IMG/VR virus record: IMGVR_UViG_3300037150_000196
Span: 1 to 52,522 of that record
DNA: 52,522 nucleotides
Reading direction: 5' to 3' (one strand)
Source of the DNA: a virus
Taxonomy: Duplodnaviria > Caudoviricetes
In this document: positions 1-6,635 of the stretch, piece by piece
Position numbering within the stretch: the first letter of the stretch is position 1
Layout: each line of letters begins with the position of its first letter
Program-made: the position numbers and the translations under genes
Notes under the pieces: model-generated
What the model saw: the letters and a program-made list of their open reading frames with translations, nothing else
Databases searched by the model: none
What the model was told of the DNA's origin: nothing

Positions 1-127
1 TGAGATCGCTGTTGCACTAGTCGTTACAGTTGCACGAGTTGCTTCAAAAGTTCCACTAGCAGAACCACTTATGTACATATCGGTCGCAATATTCGTACCA
101 TTTTTAGTGATATACATAAACTTTTCA
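1..127. repeat. Terminal direct repeat, left copy (identical to 52396-52522)
   Basis: Exact 127-bp match between the contig ends. This length is typical of a k=127 assembler overlap and indicates a circular unit of 52,395 bp. Confidence 0.95.
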
Positions 128-537
128 AGACCGAGAAGTTTAGTTGTACCAATCGAGATTGTTGTAGAAGAAGAAATCCCGGCTGGAATCAAAATACTAG
201 TTACTGAGGCAAACGCTACTACACCATTAACGGTTGCAGCAGAACCTGGGGCAGCAATAGTATCCGTAACTACGTTTCCACGAATATCGGTACCCGTAAT
301 GACAATGTTACCAGTATCGGTTGTTGAAGATTGTGTAATACTCAAGACGCGCGGAAAGTCAGGTTGTGTAATACCGGTCGTAACAGTTAGGGCAGCACCA
401 GTACCTGTAATGGCGGCGTGAATCTTTGTTGTTGTACCCAAAAGAGGAGCGGTCCACCTCTGACAGTGTATTCTACCGCCAGGGATGTCCATACCACCCT
501 TAAGGACACGTTTTTCTAAGTCCTTAATTATTCCCAT
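1..537 (-). CDS. Virion structural protein, 5' part. Spans the circular junction and continues at 52395-52291 (about 213 aa total).
   Basis: ATG at 537 directly after the capsid gene. The frame (MGIIKDLEKR...TQPDFPRVLSIT...) is open to base 1 and in frame with the 52291..52512 ORF through the terminal overlap. Thr/Ala/Gly-rich. Confidence 0.8.
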   Translation of the reverse strand, partial: MGIIKDLEKRVLKGGMDIPGGRIHCQRWTAPLLGTTTKIHAAITGTGAALTVTTGITQPDFPRVLSITQSSTTDTGNIVITGTDIRGNVVTDTIAAPGSAATVNGVVAFASVTSILIPAGISSSTTISIGTTKLLGLEKFMYITKNGTNIATDMYISGSASGTFEATRATVTTSATAIS

Positions 538-545
538 ATCAATCC

Positions 546-1472
546 TTAAGCGACCGCCGCTTTAATTAGATAGACGGCTTGCGCTGCAATTAAGTGCTGG
601 TTGTAGTAGTCGTTAACACGAATCCAAGTTACTTTCGGGTCGAAGTCGTACCATGAGTCAACGTAGCGACCATTCTTCAGTACGAGCGTGTAGAAGGCAG
701 CTGGCGAGCGGAGAGCTGGTGTTGGCGGTACATACATAACCCAAGCGTTCTTACCCCATACAAAGGCGTTTGATGGTGTTAAACCTTCAGCAGCTGTATT
801 GTAAACGGCTTTAGCAATAATAACTTGGTCAAGATCAAACAAGGCAGCAAGAGCATCGGTCGACATCTTACCAAACTGAGTGTACTTAACGCGGTCGATC
901 AAGTCGGGGTGGTTTTTAAGTTTAGACCATACCTGATAGCCAAGTACCAAAGTATTAGCTGGCATTAAAGCGTTTTCAAGTACGGTATCAATCGCACCTT
1001 GAATATCACCAAACGGGTCGGAGTTAGCGTAGTCGGACCATTGCTGACCACCACTGTTTGTTTGGTTCTGCGTAATGACAGCTGTAGAAGCCATAACTGT
1101 GGCAAGGGCAATCTCTTTATTTAAAAGCATACGGTCAGAAACGGTGTTGGTGTGGTCAATCTTTGGATCGTATGGATTGGCGAACTCATCCATTTCATCT
1201 TTCTCAATACCGGACTTAAGAGCGTGTTCAGCTAAAGGACCGTACTGAGTTTTGGTTAGACCAAAGTCAACAACGGCTGTGCCTGACTTGCCGGAACGTA
1301 AATCGTTCTCTTGGCGAAGGTTAGCTGTATCGTACACAAAGTAAAGACCTGTACGGTGGTCTACGAATAGGACTGGGGCAATTGTCTCAGCTACGAACTG
1401 AGTGTTGCGAAACTGTACTGAAATGTTGGTCAGTAGAGTGTCGACGTAGTAATCTTGAATTCCTGCGGCCAT
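546..1472 (-). CDS. Major capsid protein (HK97 fold, Mu gpT/lambda E-like)
   Basis: 308 aa, downstream of protease/scaffold and decoration genes. Motifs VDTLLTNISV, WSDYANSDP and W..L..HP. Confidence 0.85.
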   Translation of the reverse strand: MAAGIQDYYVDTLLTNISVQFRNTQFVAETIAPVLFVDHRTGLYFVYDTANLRQENDLRSGKSGTAVVDFGLTKTQYGPLAEHALKSGIEKDEMDEFANPYDPKIDHTNTVSDRMLLNKEIALATVMASTAVITQNQTNSGGQQWSDYANSDPFGDIQGAIDTVLENALMPANTLVLGYQVWSKLKNHPDLIDRVKYTQFGKMSTDALAALFDLDQVIIAKAVYNTAAEGLTPSNAFVWGKNAWVMYVPPTPALRSPAAFYTLVLKNGRYVDSWYDFDPKVTWIRVNDYYNQHLIAAQAVYLIKAAVA

Positions 1473-1496
1473 TTTTTATATTCCTTTTTCTAGTTA

Positions 1497-1895
1497 TTAA
1501 TATCTGTCGGTTCCACCGATAGCAAATTCGACAATTTGCCCTGCGCTTGCAGCGTGGAGTGCAGTCCCAATCAAACGGTTTCCAGAAGATGTAGTGGAAA
1601 TAGCTTGACCGCTTGAGTTAGTTGTAAGAAATTCACTGATGGTTAAAGTACCACCAGCAACTACCTTACCCGTACCTTGAGCGCCTAACAAAAGAACAAC
1701 TGCTTCATCGCCCGAACTAGCAAGTGGTTTATTTAACAGAACTCCGGCGATTGGGTCTGTTGCGGACGTGGACAAAAGAACTTGATTATCGTTACTCGTA
1801 TCTAGTTTAACGATTAAAAACTGTGAGCCACTAAGATCCGTGCTGGTACTGGTAGCAAAGGTTCTTATTGGACTGTCATGATATAGTGATGCCAT
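1497..1895 (-). CDS. Capsid decoration/cement protein
   Basis: 132-aa beta-rich protein between scaffold and capsid genes. Pattern IAGVLLN...G.AL.AAS.G.IV. Confidence 0.7.
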   Translation of the reverse strand: MASLYHDSPIRTFATSTSTDLSGSQFLIVKLDTSNDNQVLLSTSATDPIAGVLLNKPLASSGDEAVVLLLGAQGTGKVVAGGTLTISEFLTTNSSGQAISTTSSGNRLIGTALHAASAGQIVEFAIGGTDRY

Positions 1896-1916
1896 TTTTT
1901 ATTCCTTTCTTATTTA

Positions 1917-3770
1917 TTATTTTTTAACTTCGGTTTCGTGGGCGGACGCTAACTCTGGGTGGGAATCAAGAACTCTTTTGGTAGCGGTTGAGTAGTCAAT
2001 CTTCTCGGAAGCAACTAATTCTTTAGCGAGTTTGTCAATCTGACCTAGACTGTTACCAGAGATTGTCGTATCTTCACTGGAACCGATTTCACTAAATAGG
2101 TTAAGGGCTGGGAGTTTTGTTACTAAAGCGTCAAAGGACTTAACTTGCTCATCACTTAGGGTCTTATAAAAACCGGCGAGCTCATTAGCAACAGCTGGAC
2201 CAAACTTACCCGACTTATTGGATTCGCTAGCAATAAGGCCACCGATCTTCTTTTCAATACGAGCGGCTTTCAACTCTTCAGCTGCTTTCATGCCTTCGTT
2301 AGCCATCTTCTCGATGTTGGCCATATAAGCTTTATCAACGACCATCTCGTTGGCTTTTAACTCTTTCTTTTCTTTCATTGGGGTTGTTTTTCCTTTCTCA
2401 TCTGCTGTATTTTCTTCTGGATCGTTATCGGCGTCTGGAGTTGGTTCCATTTCACCATCACCATCAGTATCAACTGTCTTGGCGACCGCTGGATCAACTT
2501 CTGGAACTGTGGTGTCGTGAGCGTCTACCAAAGCCTGCTCTTCGGGAGAACGATCAGCTGGATCTTTCGCTGTCGCTGCGTCTAAATCTAAAGTACCTTG
2601 AGCGTTATCTTCATTCATCTCTGGACCGTTTTCTACAATATTGTCGTCTGCTTTTTTCTGAGCCATATTATCTTGTGCCTTTCTATTTCTAGTTTCTTTA
2701 TTTTCTAAGTTTTCTTTCTCTATAAAAATCGTGGGGGTCGCGGAAGCTTTTGTCAAGCCCTTATTTTCAGAAGCAACTAATGGATCAAGTTTTTTCATCA
2801 ACGGACGGTTGGTTAATGCGCCACCAGTTAGGACATTTGGGATTTCAGCCGCGGTTTCAGGATCTACGTAAATCGTCCACCACTCAGGGGAGAAGAATTT
2901 GTATATTTTATCTTTTAAGAGTTGAGCTCCAAGCGGTGTCCAGTCAATGCCGGCCATTAACGAAGTTGTGCCATCAGCGTTCAATCTTGTTTCCATGCTA
3001 CTCAACCAGCCAGTCGCTGCTTTCTGATCGTGATCACAGTCGAGGGCTATCCCCTTGCGGACCTTACCGTAAAAGTTAGCAATCATATCATTAAAGACAT
3101 CAACCGTTAGAACAACTGGTTCGTCAAACGAATACTCCCACGTGCCAGTACGCATTAGCTCAATTTGAGTTGGTAAACCATTATCACCGTAACTAACGCC
3201 GTCATCTTCGGCCGCGGTTAAGGCACGGTCAACTAACTGAATAAAATTATAAAGATGATGTCCTTTAGCTGGTAACTCACAGGCCCCGTTAGAACATAAG
3301 TCGGACTGGATATTAAAACTCTTGGCAGCAGCACAGACTTTTTTTAAAGCGCTGGCTTTATCTTGAGCATTATCAAAGTCAGTTTGGTTAAAACGCGCTA
3401 GTGCAGCGGAAACGTGGGCTGAGTCGTGGATTGGTAATTTGCGATTACCTTCGGAGTCGATATAAGCAAAATCAGAGTCATTTAAATCGTTACGTTTTTT
3501 AGTTGTTAATTCAGCACTTAAGTTAGCGCACATTGTAGAAGTAATTTTATAAGCACTACAAACCTGGCAGATCTTTTTCATTGCCTGTTGCTTATCAGCG
3601 TCGTTCTCAAACGGTGTTTTAGCGAATTGAGCTAAAGAATTCCTAACGTGTGTCTCGTCGTGGATACATAAGAATCTATTGCCTTTTGAGTCTATATAGG
3701 CGTAGTCACTATCCTGTAAGGTCACTTGCTTATGCAGTGGCGTTAATTGTCGAGCTTTTAGTCCTGGCAT
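1917..3770 (-). CDS. Prohead protease/scaffold (Mu gpI-like) with two N-terminal DUF6582-like repeats
   Basis: Central IALDCDH..AATGW, WTPLG...YKFFSPE and GGALTNRP motifs of Mu-type proteases. Acidic coiled-coil C-terminus. Duplicated N-terminal domain. Confidence 0.8.
   Translation of the reverse strand: MPGLKARQLTPLHKQVTLQDSDYAYIDSKGNRFLCIHDETHVRNSLAQFAKTPFENDADKQQAMKKICQVCSAYKITSTMCANLSAELTTKKRNDLNDSDFAYIDSEGNRKLPIHDSAHVSAALARFNQTDFDNAQDKASALKKVCAAAKSFNIQSDLCSNGACELPAKGHHLYNFIQLVDRALTAAEDDGVSYGDNGLPTQIELMRTGTWEYSFDEPVVLTVDVFNDMIANFYGKVRKGIALDCDHDQKAATGWLSSMETRLNADGTTSLMAGIDWTPLGAQLLKDKIYKFFSPEWWTIYVDPETAAEIPNVLTGGALTNRPLMKKLDPLVASENKGLTKASATPTIFIEKENLENKETRNRKAQDNMAQKKADDNIVENGPEMNEDNAQGTLDLDAATAKDPADRSPEEQALVDAHDTTVPEVDPAVAKTVDTDGDGEMEPTPDADNDPEENTADEKGKTTPMKEKKELKANEMVVDKAYMANIEKMANEGMKAAEELKAARIEKKIGGLIASESNKSGKFGPAVANELAGFYKTLSDEQVKSFDALVTKLPALNLFSEIGSSEDTTISGNSLGQIDKLAKELVASEKIDYSTATKRVLDSHPELASAHETEVKK
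2728..2756 (-). promoter_or_regulatory. Internal promoter upstream of a probable in-frame scaffold start (ATG at 2666)
   Basis: TTGACA-17-CACGAT with the ACCCC motif shared with promoters at 3780, 41859 and 51334. Confidence 0.55.
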
Positions 3771-3779
3771 ATTAACTTA

Positions 3780-3809
3780 ATCATGGGGGTCGCCAGAACA
3801 CCTTGTCAA
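3780..3809 (-). promoter_or_regulatory. Late-type promoter of the protease gene (probably leaderless)
   Basis: TTGACA-18-CATGAT, 9 nt before the ATG at 3770. No Shine-Dalgarno. Confidence 0.6.
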
Positions 3810-3821
3810 GATCTCAAACAC

Positions 3822-3931
3822 TATGAGCTGGGTTCGAGGAGACAGTCCTCGCTTTATTTTCCCGTTGAACGGATCGGACTTACAACCGAAGGCTTGTGTG
3901 ATCACTTGCCTAATTTCTTACCCAGCTCATA
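3822..3931. ncRNA. Candidate structured RNA (12-bp closing stem with four internal hairpins)
   Basis: TATGAGCTGGGT (3822-3833) and ACCCAGCTCATA (3920-3931) enclose CGAGGA/TCCTCG, CCGT/ACGG, TCGG/CCGA and GGC..GTG/CAC..GCC stems. Confidence 0.55.
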
Positions 3932-3989
3932 AGGCTCTAATAAAATAATACACCAACCATCGTGCCAAAAAAAGTACGATGAAAATGGT

Positions 3990-4718
3990 TTAGGTGGCTG
4001 TCAAGCGTTTGTTTATTATGTCGATATACTCTGGTTCTTTCTCTATAAGAATATAATTTCGGTTAAGGTTTTTACAAGCCACACCTGTAGTTCCACTACC
4101 AGCAAAAGGGTCAAGAATAATATCACCTTCGTTACTACTTGATATTATTATTCTTTCAATCATTAAAAGTGGTTTTTGAGTCGGGTGAGCATTAAATTCT
4201 TTCATAGCAAAAAAAGGAATGGTATAGTGCCAAACATTTCCTAGCCCAGTCCATCTACATTTTATTCCATCTTCATTAGTAAACCACCCTCTGGGCTTGC
4301 CATCTTTTGTGTAAGGAGTTATGTGGTATTTTAATAATTTTTGTTCATTCCAAGTAAACCTATTTCCTTTTGTGTAATATAGTATTTCCTCTTTCATCGA
4401 TTTATAATTTTTACTACTTCCTCGGCCTTTGGTACGAGCCCAAGTTATCCAATTCCTAATAGTTCCATATTTATCTAATAGTAGTTTAAATTCAGATACA
4501 TTCGACCAACCCATAAAAGAATAAAAACTCCCATCATCTTTTAATACCCTAAAACATTCACCAACCCATTTTTCCGTAAAGCCAATAAAGTCATTAAAGT
4601 TATCCCAAGCAGCGTAATTTATCCCGTAGGGTGGGTCAACAATAACTAGGTTAATACTTTTATCGGGTATATCTTTCATAAAATCTAAACAATCACCCTC
4701 AATTACTTGGTTTACCAT
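3990..4718 (-). CDS. DNA methyltransferase (N4-C/N6-A, beta class), AT-rich moron
   Basis: VDPPY, HPTQKP and LDPFAGSGTT motifs. Own TATAAT (4727-4732) 8 nt before the ATG. Confidence 0.92.
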   Translation of the reverse strand: MVNQVIEGDCLDFMKDIPDKSINLVIVDPPYGINYAAWDNFNDFIGFTEKWVGECFRVLKDDGSFYSFMGWSNVSEFKLLLDKYGTIRNWITWARTKGRGSSKNYKSMKEEILYYTKGNRFTWNEQKLLKYHITPYTKDGKPRGWFTNEDGIKCRWTGLGNVWHYTIPFFAMKEFNAHPTQKPLLMIERIIISSSNEGDIILDPFAGSGTTGVACKNLNRNYILIEKEPEYIDIINKRLTAT

Positions 4719-4860
4719 TGACTCTTATTATACCTTTATTAAAAACTACTACAAAACGGCTTTAGAATTGTGTTATAATGCTCTTGGTGTGAACTTTAAA
4801 GTAAACCAAAGCGAATGTCCTCATTAAATCAGCAGCTACAACTGCGAAAGAGAACGACTT

Positions 4861-4890
4861 AAGCCAACAGGAACAGTTGGCTTTTTTGTT
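4861..4890 (+). terminator. Intrinsic terminator
   Basis: AAGCCAAC/GTTGGCTT stem followed by TTTTGTTT. Confidence 0.65.
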
Positions 4891-4943
4891 TACCTCCGTT
4901 TTAATTAGAATGTCACTACTTTTTACTTACGTCAAATTCTACT

Positions 4944-6635
4944 CTAGTCACCGCTATCATCTTCAGAGTCGTCTTGGCTACCATCTGGGTAATTAACTAC
5001 TAGGCGGCAGCGGCAATTATGTACCAGTATTGAATTGCAAGTGTAGAATTGATACTCTGTACTTAAATCATATACAAAACCATGAAAAGGCTTAATCTCG
5101 ACACTAACGATCTCGTCCAAGGATATGTCGCTGGGGAATCCGTCAATAAGATCGCTAAAAGCTTGGGGTGTTGTCGTGAGGTCGTCACTAATAGACTTAA
5201 GGAGTCTGGAGTCACAATCAGAAACCAAGTTGTCGCCAATAGACTGATGATGAGTAAAAGATCTCCAGAGTTTAATAAAGCTAACGCGGAAGCAGCCCAT
5301 AGAGCGGTAAAGGGAAGTAAGCAGAGCCAAGATAGTCTTATTAAAAGAGCTAAAGGGGTTGAACTTAGACAAAGCAATTCCTCTCCTGCTGAGCTTATTA
5401 TTATAAGTACGCTTAAACAATTCTCCGTTAACTGTAATCCCCAATTTGCTATCGGCAAATATAATGTCGATATTCTTGCAGGAAACACCATCGCCGTGGA
5501 GATCTATGGGGGAGGCTGGCACGCTTCTAAGAACCACATTGCCAGGGATAGATACATCCTCGATCAAGGATATGACAGGCTTACTATCTGGGTCGATAAT
5601 GTCAAGACTCATCCTTTCGATCCAATTAGGTGCGCTAAACAAATAATCTCCTTTCTTGAGTTTAGACGCTTGAACCCAACCGTTGGGCGTTGCCATCGGA
5701 TGTTTTGGGGTGACGGCAATTCTTATATTAGAACGAGTCGTAAGATAGACAGCAAGACCGTTATAGTCCGCGATCATCTTGGCTGATACACCTAAAGCTT
5801 TAACTTCTTGACCCCCTAAAATAGCATTAGGGTGGGCACTTGGTGCGTCGTCACCAGAACTAAAGGAGTCGTTAATATCTATATCTCCATCATCGGCGTT
5901 ATCTTCACAGATTGGACAGGGATCATATTGAGTTTCCCATGTCTTCGTAGTAGCACCAGACTGTATCCCATAAGTTAAAGTACCTTGGCCGTAAGCGTTG
6001 ACTGATTCTGTCGTGGCGATTAAGTGCGCACGATCTGGGTCATTTACTAAATCACTTAAAGCGTCTTGCGCCTGTTGGACGGTATTACCTTGAGCAAGAC
6101 TATCAGCTATTGAGTTCTGGATCTTACCTATAGTGGTGTCGTTAAGGCCCTTAATTAGCTTGTCTACGTGGTCTCTAGCAGCTTTTTCAATCGTAGTTGA
6201 TAAATCGGTAGCCGCAAGGTCAGAAGCTGCGCCAGCGTCCGCCTCAGCGGCCATAGCGCCGGCTTGTTGAGCTTCGACTATGTGATTAAAAGTTATCTTA
6301 ATTAATAGTTTTGTTTCAGCATCACTAATTGCTTTAGCGGTGACTAGGACTTTGGCGTTAATGGCTGCTTGTTTTTCAGTAGACGTGTTTGGTTTAGCTA
6401 GCTCTTTGGCGTAGGCTTTCCAGTTAACGTATTTAACTGCCCGACTACCGAGACCCTTAAAGTAATTCTTTAACCCTAAAACCATAGCGGCTTCGGCTTG
6501 GACTAGCTTATCAAAAGCTTCGGGATTGTTCTTGTAACCCTTCTCCCAATCTTCGGCAGCGATATAACTAGATAAGGTGGCTGTGACTGTGGTTCTGAGC
6601 CTTTTTAATACGTTCTCTTGTTCTGAGGAAATCAT
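4944..6635 (-). CDS. Head morphogenesis protein (Mu gpF/SPP1 gp7 family) containing an intein
   Basis: RAHLIATTES, K.W...DPCPIC and the C-terminal HPN|CRC motif, which is split by a 270-aa insertion. Follows the portal gene. Confidence 0.9.
   Translation of the reverse strand: MISSEQENVLKRLRTTVTATLSSYIAAEDWEKGYKNNPEAFDKLVQAEAAMVLGLKNYFKGLGSRAVKYVNWKAYAKELAKPNTSTEKQAAINAKVLVTAKAISDAETKLLIKITFNHIVEAQQAGAMAAEADAGAASDLAATDLSTTIEKAARDHVDKLIKGLNDTTIGKIQNSIADSLAQGNTVQQAQDALSDLVNDPDRAHLIATTESVNAYGQGTLTYGIQSGATTKTWETQYDPCPICEDNADDGDIDINDSFSSGDDAPSAHPNAILGGQEVKALGVSAKMIADYNGLAVYLTTRSNIRIAVTPKHPMATPNGWVQASKLKKGDYLFSAPNWIERMSLDIIDPDSKPVISLIEDVSIPGNVVLRSVPASPIDLHGDGVSCKNIDIIFADSKLGITVNGELFKRTYNNKLSRRGIALSKFNPFSSFNKTILALLTSLYRSMGCFRVSFIKLWRSFTHHQSIGDNLVSDCDSRLLKSISDDLTTTPQAFSDLIDGFPSDISLDEIVSVEIKPFHGFVYDLSTEYQFYTCNSILVHNCRCRLVVNYPDGSQDDSEDDSGD
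5016..5825 (-). mobile_element. Intein (270 aa, Ala1...His-Asn, +1 Cys) in the HPN|CRC motif
   Basis: Block B VTPKHPMATPNGWVQASKLKKGD, block F GFVYDLST and block G ILVHN|C. Removing it restores SAHPNCRC. Confidence 0.9.
5082..5786 (+). CDS. HTH + DUF559/Vsr-like endonuclease encoded antisense inside the intein (candidate homing endonuclease)
   Basis: N-terminal YVAGESVNKIAKSLGCCREVVTNRLKESGV (HTH-like). C-terminal SPAE...QFAIGKYNVDI...IAVEIYGGGWH...RDRYILDQGYDRLTIW matches the DUF559/Vsr pattern. Confidence 0.8.
   Translation: MKRLNLDTNDLVQGYVAGESVNKIAKSLGCCREVVTNRLKESGVTIRNQVVANRLMMSKRSPEFNKANAEAAHRAVKGSKQSQDSLIKRAKGVELRQSNSSPAELIIISTLKQFSVNCNPQFAIGKYNVDILAGNTIAVEIYGGGWHASKNHIARDRYILDQGYDRLTIWVDNVKTHPFDPIRCAKQIISFLEFRRLNPTVGRCHRMFWGDGNSYIRTSRKIDSKTVIVRDHLG

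Noticed and set aside
71-421. Plus-strand 116-aa ORF
   Set aside because: Antisense shadow of the junction-spanning structural gene; no SD or motif.
3822-3931. tRNA gene
   Set aside because: GGTTGTAAGTCC resembles a T-arm, but the stem number and lengths do not fit a cloverleaf and there is no CCA end.
5063-5491. Third open frame (142 aa, minus strand) inside the intein
   Set aside because: No recognisable motif or start signals; likely a by-product of stop depletion in the dual-coding region.
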